This document shows positions 52,507 to 60,476 of a stretch of DNA of 64,000 nucleotides, piece after piece (within the stretch, counting starts at the first letter, position 1; each line of letters opens with the position of its first letter). Source of the stretch: an uncultured Gemmatimonadaceae bacterium (lineage in GTDB: Bacteria > Gemmatimonadota > Gemmatimonadetes > Gemmatimonadales > Gemmatimonadaceae); NCBI GenBank assembly GCA_963761305.1, contig CAVXGK010000002.1, positions 1,024,001-1,088,000 on the forward strand. Direction: 5' to 3'. The position numbers were made by a program, and so were the translations under genes. The notes under the pieces are model-generated. The model was given only the letters and a program-made list of their open reading frames with translations, ran no database searches and was not told the origin of the DNA.

Positions 52507-53676
52507 ATGACGCGCGACGAGGTTTTCTTCCAAGCAAGCGCCGGCCCCGCGGCGAGGGGCCCGTCGCCAGACCAACGTTTGTTGCTGGACATCATTGATA
52601 CCGTGCGCGAGCCGCTGCTCGTGCTCGATTCCGAGTTCCGTGTGAGGCACGCCAACCGCGCGTTTTTTCAGACGTTTCGCGTCGCGCCCGAGGACACGAT
52701 CGGTGAAGCGCTGTTCACGTTGGGCGATGGTCAGTGGGACATTCCTCCCCTTCGGGCGTTGTTGCACGATCGCCTCGTCGCCGAGCGCGAGTTGTACGAC
52801 GTCGACGTCGACCACGTCTTTCCCGGCATCGGCCGCAAGATCATGCAGTTGAATGCCCGGTTCGTCTCGCACGGCGCGGACGTCTCAGGGCTGATTCTCC
52901 TGGCGATCGAAGACGTGACCGAGCGACGGCTCGCCGAACGGCACCTCGCCATTCAGCGCCGCGAGCTCGAGCGATCCAACGCCGCGCTGAACGAGTTCGC
53001 GTTCGTCGCCTCGCACGACCTCCAGGAGCCGTTGCGCAAAATCGTCTCGTTTGGCGAGCGACTCGGCACGTCGGCGGGCCCGCTCCTCGAGGGCAACCCG
53101 CGCCAATACCTCGACCGGATGCTCGACGCCACGGCGCGCATGCGCACCCTCATCGCCGATCTGCTGGCGTATTCGCAGATCAAGACGGACGCGGCAGCCT
53201 TCGCCCCGACGAGCCTGGCCATGATCGCGCGCGAAGTCGTCGCCGACCTGGAGACGGTCATCGCCGATACGGGCGGCCGGATCGACGTGGGCACGTTGCC
53301 GGCGATCGACGCCGACGCGTCGCAGATGCGCCAGCTGATGCAGAATCTCCTCAGCAACGCGCTCAAGTTTCGCCGTCCCGACGTGGCGCCGCTCATACAG
53401 CTCGGCGCCTCGGTCTCGCACGACGGGGTCTGTAGGATGACCGTGACCGACAACGGAATCGGCTTCAAGCAGGAACACGACGAAAAGATCTTTCGCCTGT
53501 TCGAGCGCCTTCATACGCGGACGCAGTTTCAAGGCTCCGGCATGGGACTGGCGATCTGTCGAAAGATCGTCGAGCGTCACGGCGGCAGCATCGCCGCGAC
53601 GAGCATCGTTGGTCAGGGAACGACGTTCACCGTCAACCTCCCCATCAGCCAGGCCCAGGTGGAGTACACGCCATGA
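52507..53676 (+). CDS. PAS-domain cytoplasmic histidine kinase (phytochrome-type kinase core)
   Basis: PAS (REPLLVLD..ANRAF..EDVTE); ASHDLQEPLR; NLLSNALKF; DNGIG; GSGMGL. Confidence 0.92.
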   Translation: MTRDEVFFQASAGPAARGPSPDQRLLLDIIDTVREPLLVLDSEFRVRHANRAFFQTFRVAPEDTIGEALFTLGDGQWDIPPLRALLHDRLVAERELYDVDVDHVFPGIGRKIMQLNARFVSHGADVSGLILLAIEDVTERRLAERHLAIQRRELERSNAALNEFAFVASHDLQEPLRKIVSFGERLGTSAGPLLEGNPRQYLDRMLDATARMRTLIADLLAYSQIKTDAAAFAPTSLAMIAREVVADLETVIADTGGRIDVGTLPAIDADASQMRQLMQNLLSNALKFRRPDVAPLIQLGASVSHDGVCRMTVTDNGIGFKQEHDEKIFRLFERLHTRTQFQGSGMGLAICRKIVERHGGSIAATSIVGQGTTFTVNLPISQAQVEYTP

Positions 53677-54140
53677 TGATGCAAGACAAGCACAAGATTC
53701 CGATCACGATTCTCATCTGCGATGATGATGATGACGACCGGATGCTGACCCGGCAGGCGCTCGAAGACGCGCACATCTCCAACGATCTGCGATTCGTCGA
53801 AGACGGCGAGGAGCTGCTGGACTACCTGTACCAGCGTGGTCCGTTCTCCGGTGAAACCGGAGCGGCGCCGCGGCCCGGGCTGATTCTGCTCGACCTCAAC
53901 ATGCCGAAGATGGACGGCCGCGAGGCGCTGCGGCGACTCAAGGGCGACGTCACCTTGCACGACATCCCGGTGGTGATTCTCACGACGTCGAACCTGGACG
54001 CCGACGTGATCAGGAGTTACCGGCTCGGCGTCAACTCCTTCATCACCAAGCCGGTCACGTTCTCGGGATTGGTCGAGGCGATGAACGTGCTCGGGCGGTA
54101 CTGGCTCGAAATCGTCGAATTGCCGCCGGTACCCGCGTAG
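53673..54140 (+). CDS. Single-domain response regulator (Rcp-like)
   Basis: ILICDDD; LILLDLNMP; ILTTS; NSFITKP; YWL; ATGA overlap with the kinase. Confidence 0.93.
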   Translation: MMMQDKHKIPITILICDDDDDDRMLTRQALEDAHISNDLRFVEDGEELLDYLYQRGPFSGETGAAPRPGLILLDLNMPKMDGREALRRLKGDVTLHDIPVVILTTSNLDADVIRSYRLGVNSFITKPVTFSGLVEAMNVLGRYWLEIVELPPVPA

Positions 54141-54192
54141 ACCTCAGCTCCGGGGTGACCCTGTTCGCGGCTCGCTAGCTGGCCGCGTGGCC

Positions 54193-54252
54193 GGCGTACC
54201 TACTTAATCACCCGTTCGTGTCATGGGTGATCGCGGCGATGAGAAGTAGGCT
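54193..54252 (+). promoter_or_regulatory. Promoter cassette copy F (upstream of the DUF4956 operon)
   Basis: GGCGTAC-N8-TCACCCG-TTCGTGTCATGG-N20-TAGGCT-N6-ATG; same order as copies A-C with near-identical spacing. Confidence 0.65.
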
Positions 54253-54258
54253 CCTTGG

Positions 54259-55383
54259 ATGAGCTTCTTCACGCGAATGATGTCGTATCTCACGCTCGGC
54301 TCCTCGCGGCCCGTTCGTCGCCTTGCCGCGTACTACGCGCTTCTCGCGATCGTCGGTCTGGTGGTGTTCCACTTCTTTCCGGCACTCGACCACCTGCTGA
54401 CCGGCGACCGCCTCAAACACCTCGCGAAGGCCCCGGCGGCGTTGTTGCGCGACAGTGTCTCGGCCGCCCAGTCCCAGGCCCCGCCGATGGATCTCATGGA
54501 GCGCGCCACGTTCGGCTTGAGCACCGCCTTCATCCTGCTCAGCACGCTGGCGCTCATGCTCCCGGTCACCTGGGTCTACATGTCGGCGCGATCGGCCCAG
54601 GGACACAACCAGTCCGTCGTGCAGGTGCTGATCGTATTGCCGATGATCGTCGCCGGTGTCGTGCTGATCGTGAGCAACAGCCTCGCGCTGGCGTTCAGCC
54701 TTGGCGGCGTGGTGGCCGCCGTCCGGTTCCGTACGAACATGTCCGACTCTCGCGACATCGTGTTCATCTTTCTCGCGATCGCCGTCGGCTTCGCCGCGGG
54801 CGTTCAGGACATCACGATCGCATTGACGTTGTCGTGCATCTTCAATTTTGTCCTCGTCTTTCTGTGGCGATCCGACTTCGGACGCACCGTGCTCGAGCCG
54901 ACCGCTTCATCGCAGTGGGCCGAGCCGCTCGGCGACCTCGCCGGAAAGGACCACGGCGGCAACGTCGTTCCCGATCGCGATCTCGTTCTCGCGTTGACGC
55001 CGAACAAAGTGGAGGCGCTCGCCGAACGATTCGAGCGTGTGCGCGTTCTCCTCGGACGAAACGGAAAGAAGCCGAGGTTCGACGCGGTCCTCGCCGTCAC
55101 CACGTCCGAGCTCGACGGCGCCCAGAAGCACATCGAGAAGACCCTGAATGACGTCAGCAAGCGATGGAAGCTCGACGAGGTTGTCACCAACGCCGGCAAA
55201 CCGTCCGAGCTCTACTATCTCCTTCGCACTCGCAAATCGGTGAACCGCGACGCGATGTTGACGGCGATCCGGTCAGGCGGCAATGGGTTCATCGATCAGG
55301 CCGACGTGGAAATTGGCGATGCGTTGGCGAAGGAAGCCGGCGAGGTTCGCCAGGAACGCAAGAAGGCTGAGGCACCCGTATGA
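54259..55383 (+). CDS. DUF4956 domain membrane protein
   Basis: VSNSLALAFSLGGVVAAVRFRTNMSDSRDIVFIFLAIAVG. Confidence 0.85.
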   Translation: MSFFTRMMSYLTLGSSRPVRRLAAYYALLAIVGLVVFHFFPALDHLLTGDRLKHLAKAPAALLRDSVSAAQSQAPPMDLMERATFGLSTAFILLSTLALMLPVTWVYMSARSAQGHNQSVVQVLIVLPMIVAGVVLIVSNSLALAFSLGGVVAAVRFRTNMSDSRDIVFIFLAIAVGFAAGVQDITIALTLSCIFNFVLVFLWRSDFGRTVLEPTASSQWAEPLGDLAGKDHGGNVVPDRDLVLALTPNKVEALAERFERVRVLLGRNGKKPRFDAVLAVTTSELDGAQKHIEKTLNDVSKRWKLDEVVTNAGKPSELYYLLRTRKSVNRDAMLTAIRSGGNGFIDQADVEIGDALAKEAGEVRQERKKAEAPV

Positions 55384-57950
55384 ACGCCACATGGCGTGCC
55401 GCGTCGATCGTCATCGGGACCGCGACCCTCGTGTCAGCGGTTTCATGGCCCGCCGCGGCACAGCCTGGGCCTTCGCCCACGCTGAAGCCAGAAAGCGTCA
55501 CCGTCGCGGCGGGAGCGCGCTACCAGGCGGGCACATTCTATCGATGGTTCGCAGGTGGCGCGTACCGCGACCTGTGGGCGATGCCGATTCGCGTCCCCGT
55601 GCTCGACTGGCAGACCTACCTCGGCGGGCTGCATCCGACGAAGGAAGGCGGTGGGATGCAGACCAAGTCTCTGCGTCTCGAGACCGCCGACGGCACCGAG
55701 TACGTGTTCCGCCTCTCCGACAAGGGCGCGACCGGCGCGCCGAAGGGATTCGAGCACACGCCGGTTGGCGGATTCTTTCAGGACCAAGTCAGCGCCGAGC
55801 ATCCGGCGGCCGCCGAAATCTCGGCGCCGATCCTCGAAGCGAGCGGCGTCCTCCATCCGACCGCGGTGCTCGTCGTCATGCCCAACGATTCCGCGCTCGG
55901 CAAGTTCAGCGCGGATTTCGCCGGACGTCTCGGCATGATCGAGGAATTCCCCAACGTGCCGAAGGGCGCGCCGGGGTTCGCTCGCGCAACGAAAATCATC
56001 GACAGCCCGGAGCTGCTGAAGCTCCTCAACGAGGACCCTGGCGAGCACGCCGACGCCCGCGCGTTTCTTGCCGCGCGGCTGACCGATTTCCTGATCAACG
56101 ACAACGATCGTCACTCCGGTCAGTGGAAGTGGGCGCGGATGAAGTCGGGGCCGAAGACAGAATGGGAGCCGATCGCCCGCGACCGAGACCACGCCTTCGT
56201 GTCCTATGACGGTTTTCTCCTGAGACTGGCCGCGATGGGCAAAACGAGCCTGATCTCGTTCGGCAACGCGCCGGACGTGGTCGGACTCACGCAGCCGAGA
56301 GACTTCGATGCGCGGCTCCTGGCGGGGCTCGAGAAGCCGGTGTGGGATTCGATCGCGCTGGCGGTGCAGTCGCACGTCACCAACGCGGTGATCAACGAGG
56401 CCGCGCGGGCGATGCCGCTCGAGTATCAGGCGTCGGTCGCGAGGCTCGAGGCGGTGCTCATCAAGCGCCGTGACGCGCTGCCCAAGGCGGCTGACCAGTA
56501 CTACCGTCTGCTCGCCGCCCGGGTCGAAGTGCACGGGAGCGACTCGGCCGATCGCGCGCTGGTCACGCGCACGAGCGATGGCGTGGTGGACGTCCGCCTC
56601 GAGTCGGGAGGAGCGACCTTCTTTGCTCGCCGCTTCGACCCGCGCGAGACGTCGGAGATCGTCATCTACCTGCACGGCGGCGACGATACGGCGCTTGTGA
56701 CGGGCCATGCGCGGACGAGCATTCCGCTCCGAATCATCGGCGGGAACGGCACCAACACGTTCATCGATTCATCGACGGTCGGCGGACAGCCGCACACAAC
56801 GCGTTTGTACGATTCGGGCACAGTCGTCGGCGTGTCGTATGGGCCGGACACCTTATTCGATCGGCGGCCGTGGGAGACAAAGAACGGAACGCTCTCGCCG
56901 CCGGGTCCCGACTTCGGTGTGACGTACACCCCGCTGGTGGGACTCAGCGACCATCGCGGGGTCGGCATCACGCCGCGATTCGGTGTCGCGCGGTACACGT
57001 ACGGGTTCGGCGATCGGCCGTATGAATCGATGCTCGCGGTCGATGGCGAGTACGCCACGGAGTTTCGCGGAGCACGCGTCACCGTCGAGGCGGATCGGCG
57101 ATTGGAGTCTTCTCCAATCCACTTTGCGGCCATCGCGAGAGCATCCGATTTCGAGGTCACCAACTTCAACGGCTTCGGAAACGCGACTGCCGACTCCGGC
57201 GGCACGAATCCATACTTCGCGGTGCATCAGCGGCAGTGGATGTTTCATCCCGCGATCGCGCTCGCCATCGGGTCCACGACGGACATTTCGCTGGGGCCGG
57301 TCATCCAGCACTCGGTCAGCGACAGCGCGCGAAGCCCATATCTGGCGACGGCTCGTCCATACGGATTCGGCGCCTTTACCCAAGCCGGAATGCGATTCGA
57401 TGCGCGGTACGAGTGGCACGCGGTGCCCGACAGTGAGGAGCACACGCGCCACAGGGTCCTGATCGCGCTCAACGGATCCTACTTCCCCGCCGCGATGGAT
57501 GTGCGCTCGCCGTTCGAGGAAGTTGCCGCTGCGGTCGCAACGTCCGTCACCGTCCCGGTTCCGACGCATCCGTTGTTCATCGTCCGGACTGGCGCCAAGA
57601 AATTGTATGGCGACTTTCCGTTCTACGAGGCGGCGGCCATCGGCGGCGAAGGAACCACGCGCTACATGGATCCGCAGCGATACGCGGGCGACGCGGCGCT
57701 CTACGCGACGTCGGAGCTTCGAATTCCCCTCGCACGATTCACCGTCCTGTTGCCGTTGCGCGCCGGGGTCCTCGGCATTGCCGAGGCAGGACGGGTGTAC
57801 GTCGGCGGGAGCTCGCCGGGCGGGTGGCATTCGCGGACCGGCGAAGGAATCTGGGTGGGCCGTGCAGACGCGTCGCCCGTCGTCACGTTGACGCGAACCA
57901 CGGAGCCGGGTCACACCGGATTGCAACTCGGGCTCGGTCTGAATTTCTGA
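55380..57950 (+). CDS. Secreted protein: N-terminal atypical-kinase-like domain fused to an Omp85/BamA-like barrel
   Basis: Signal peptide; GGGMQTKSLRL; DFLINDNDRH; PIARDRDHAF; C-terminal barrel features (RYAGD, AEAGRV, terminal LGLNF); ATGA overlap. Confidence 0.65.
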   Translation: MNATWRAASIVIGTATLVSAVSWPAAAQPGPSPTLKPESVTVAAGARYQAGTFYRWFAGGAYRDLWAMPIRVPVLDWQTYLGGLHPTKEGGGMQTKSLRLETADGTEYVFRLSDKGATGAPKGFEHTPVGGFFQDQVSAEHPAAAEISAPILEASGVLHPTAVLVVMPNDSALGKFSADFAGRLGMIEEFPNVPKGAPGFARATKIIDSPELLKLLNEDPGEHADARAFLAARLTDFLINDNDRHSGQWKWARMKSGPKTEWEPIARDRDHAFVSYDGFLLRLAAMGKTSLISFGNAPDVVGLTQPRDFDARLLAGLEKPVWDSIALAVQSHVTNAVINEAARAMPLEYQASVARLEAVLIKRRDALPKAADQYYRLLAARVEVHGSDSADRALVTRTSDGVVDVRLESGGATFFARRFDPRETSEIVIYLHGGDDTALVTGHARTSIPLRIIGGNGTNTFIDSSTVGGQPHTTRLYDSGTVVGVSYGPDTLFDRRPWETKNGTLSPPGPDFGVTYTPLVGLSDHRGVGITPRFGVARYTYGFGDRPYESMLAVDGEYATEFRGARVTVEADRRLESSPIHFAAIARASDFEVTNFNGFGNATADSGGTNPYFAVHQRQWMFHPAIALAIGSTTDISLGPVIQHSVSDSARSPYLATARPYGFGAFTQAGMRFDARYEWHAVPDSEEHTRHRVLIALNGSYFPAAMDVRSPFEEVAAAVATSVTVPVPTHPLFIVRTGAKKLYGDFPFYEAAAIGGEGTTRYMDPQRYAGDAALYATSELRIPLARFTVLLPLRAGVLGIAEAGRVYVGGSSPGGWHSRTGEGIWVGRADASPVVTLTRTTEPGHTGLQLGLGLNF

Positions 57951-57994
57951 GCGACCGGCGTCTCGCCGTCGCTCTTCATCCACCAGGAACGATC

Positions 57995-58963
57995 ATGCCT
58001 TCCATGAGGTACAGGGGTCCGCTCGTCGGGTTGCTGGTCGCGCTGCTCGTCCTGGACTGCAAGCCACCGGTCGATCTCACGCCGCCGCCCGCCGCCTCGG
58101 CGGCGGCCCTCGTCGCACTGACAGGCGCCTCCGTGATGGTCGGCGTTGGGGACATCGCCAGCTGTTCGCAGCGCTTGAGCTACGGCACCGCCCGATTGGT
58201 CGACAGCGTGCTTCGCGCCGACAGCGTCGCCAAGGTGCCCAACGCGGTTTTCACGCTGGGCGACAATGCCTATTCGTCCGGCACGACCGCCCAGTTCAAT
58301 CAGTGCTTCGCGCCCTCCTGGGGCGATCCGCAAAAAGGAATCATCAAGAGCCTGCACCCCGCTCCCGGCAACCACGAGTACCAAACCTTGAATGCCGATC
58401 CGTACTACAAGTACTTCGGACCGGCGGCCGGCGACGAGGGCAAAGGCTATTACAGCTACGACGTCGGCGCCTGGCACGTGGTCGTCGTCAACAGCGAGAT
58501 CGTCGTGAACTCGAGCTTCACGGATTCCGCGCGGCAGGCGCAGATGGACTGGGTGGCGAAGGATCTCAAGGCGCACAAAAAGCTCTGCACCATCGCTTAC
58601 TGGCATAATCCGCGATTCAGCTCCGGATGGCACGGGAGTGACCGCCGGTTCATTCCGATGTGGCGGATTCTCTACGACAACGACGTGGATCTCGTGTTGA
58701 ACGGCCACGATCACGACTACGAGCGCTTTCGCCCGATGACCCCGGACGGCGTGGCCGATACGACGAAGGGGATTACGGAGATCGTCGCGGGCACGGGTGG
58801 TGAAGAGCTGCGCGGATTCAGCAGCATCAACCCCAACAGCCTGTATCGAATCGAGGGGCGCGCGGGGGTACTACTGCTGACGCTCGGCGCCGCCGAGTAC
58901 CGGTCCGCGTTCATCGAGATCGGGGGACGCGTGTGGGATCAGAGTGGCGGAAAGTGCCATTGA
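57995..58963 (+). CDS. Calcineurin-like metallophosphoesterase, putative lipoprotein
   Basis: VGDIA; LGDNAY; PGNHEY; YWHNP; NGHDHDYER. Confidence 0.9.
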   Translation: MPSMRYRGPLVGLLVALLVLDCKPPVDLTPPPAASAAALVALTGASVMVGVGDIASCSQRLSYGTARLVDSVLRADSVAKVPNAVFTLGDNAYSSGTTAQFNQCFAPSWGDPQKGIIKSLHPAPGNHEYQTLNADPYYKYFGPAAGDEGKGYYSYDVGAWHVVVVNSEIVVNSSFTDSARQAQMDWVAKDLKAHKKLCTIAYWHNPRFSSGWHGSDRRFIPMWRILYDNDVDLVLNGHDHDYERFRPMTPDGVADTTKGITEIVAGTGGEELRGFSSINPNSLYRIEGRAGVLLLTLGAAEYRSAFIEIGGRVWDQSGGKCH

Positions 58964-59406
58964 TGGGCTTCGAGCATGGTTGGCTTCTTTGGGCGGGGGG
59001 AATGATGGATTCGGGTGTCGTTCGGCGTGTGAAGAGTAAGGGTACGGTGCTCGTCGCATCGACCAACACGGCCTTTGCCACGACCGTCGGGCAATTGGTG
59101 CGTGACTGCGGCTTCGCGCCGGCATTTCCGACGGAATTCGAGGGACCATGGCTGTCCCTGACAAGGACACAGCCCCGAGTCGTGATCTGCGACTATGACG
59201 CGCAGGTCGGCCTGGTTCACCGATTGATCATCGAGAGCTCGGCTCGGCGCGTACCGCTGGTGGTGTTCCACTCGTCCGAGCGGAGCGCCGCATCGCCGGC
59301 CTTCGCAGCGGTGGAGCGGATCACGTGGCTCAAGCTTCCCGTGTCGCCGGCGGTTTTCGGCCGGGTGCTGGGCGATCTCGTGCCGCCGGCGCGACACGCG
59401 GCGTAG
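58963..59406 (+). CDS. Degenerate receiver-like domain protein
   Basis: TVLVAS..PRVVICD..VPLVVF..WLKLPVS receiver pattern; TGATG overlap; start uncertain. Confidence 0.5.
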   Translation: MGFEHGWLLWAGGMMDSGVVRRVKSKGTVLVASTNTAFATTVGQLVRDCGFAPAFPTEFEGPWLSLTRTQPRVVICDYDAQVGLVHRLIIESSARRVPLVVFHSSERSAASPAFAAVERITWLKLPVSPAVFGRVLGDLVPPARHAA

Positions 59407-59437
59407 GTAGTGTATAGTATATATGTTAGAGTGCTAA

Positions 59438-59452
59438 TGGCACGACTGATGC
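59438..59452 (+). promoter_or_regulatory. Putative sigma54 promoter
   Basis: TGGCACG-ACTG-ATGC (GG-N10-GC), preceded by an AT-rich tract, about 65 nt before ATG 59517. Confidence 0.6.
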
Positions 59453-59516
59453 CTTAGATCAGTCGTTGATTCCCTTGGCGCTTCGCCAAGATCCGTTGCC
59501 TGGAGGCAACCCACCT

Positions 59517-60224
59517 ATGAAACGATCGACACTTCTCACCACGTCCGCCGCGCTGCTGCTCGTCGCCGGCGTCGCCCACGCGCAAGATCCGGATCGCGGT
59601 CGCGGCCGCGGTCAGGATCCGAAACCCGTCCCGCAGCAGGAACAGCAGCAGCGAGTGGACGAGCAGCGCCACCGCGACACCGCCTACAAGGCGGCGCTCG
59701 CCAATCAGGTGCGCGGTACGCAACAGGCCTCGGCGGCGTTGCAGCAGCAGAAACGCAGCGCCCAGTACACCGTGAGCCAGCAGTACGCGGCGAACCTGCG
59801 ACTCCAGCAAAAGCGGCTCAACACTCCGCGCGACGTTCAGCGCGACCCGTACTACTCGGCGCCGATGACCTTCCGGTATACCGTCGGGTCGACCGATCGC
59901 GAAACCAACAGGTATGGCGCCGACGTGATGCGACAAGCGGTGAACAACGGCTATCAGCAGGGATGGAAGGCCGGACGCGCCGATCGCAGCGATCACTGGC
60001 CCTCGAACTATCAGAAGTCGTATGGCTACGAGGACGCCAACTACGGATTCAGCGGCACCTACCTCCCGCAGAGTGATTACAACTACTACTTCCGCGAGGG
60101 GTTCCAGCGCGGTTACGAGGACGGCTACGCCAAGCACCCGCAGTACGGCGCCGTGGTCAACGGGTCCCCGTCCATTCTGGGCAACATTCTTTCCGGTATT
60201 CTAGGCTTGCACAGCATTGGTTGA
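59517..60224 (+). CDS. Secreted Gln/Tyr-rich hypothetical protein
   Basis: GGAGG RBS; signal peptide; GYQQGWKAGR and FREGFQRGYEDGY motifs. Confidence 0.75.
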   Translation: MKRSTLLTTSAALLLVAGVAHAQDPDRGRGRGQDPKPVPQQEQQQRVDEQRHRDTAYKAALANQVRGTQQASAALQQQKRSAQYTVSQQYAANLRLQQKRLNTPRDVQRDPYYSAPMTFRYTVGSTDRETNRYGADVMRQAVNNGYQQGWKAGRADRSDHWPSNYQKSYGYEDANYGFSGTYLPQSDYNYYFREGFQRGYEDGYAKHPQYGAVVNGSPSILGNILSGILGLHSIG

Positions 60225-60248
60225 ACGTCGGCCGCTTGGAGAATGCAG

Positions 60249-60275
60249 GGGACGGCGCGCTAGCGCCGTCCCTTT
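60249..60275 (+). terminator. Intrinsic terminator
   Basis: GGGACGGCGC-GCTA-GCGCCGTCCC-TTT. Confidence 0.65.
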
Positions 60276-60316
60276 GCCGTTTCTGCGTGATTGCCCGGGC
60301 ACGCGACGTTGAACGA

Positions 60317-60454
60317 CAACAGCTGGTAGGACAACGATTTCGCGGATAACCACGCGGATCTCGCGGAGACTGCAAAGGCAAAACCATAATTGGTGTTGCT
60401 GTAATCCGCGAAATCGGCCGTCATCCGCGAAATCGTTGTACCACCTCGCTGTTG
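60317..60454. repeat. Long imperfect palindromic intergenic element (REP/MITE-like)
   Basis: ACAACGATTTCGCGGAT (60331-47) pairs perfectly with ATCCGCGAAATCGTTGT (60423-39); additional inner and outer arms. Confidence 0.7.
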
Positions 60455-60476
60455 CAGTTGCCGCCCAACACAGTCC

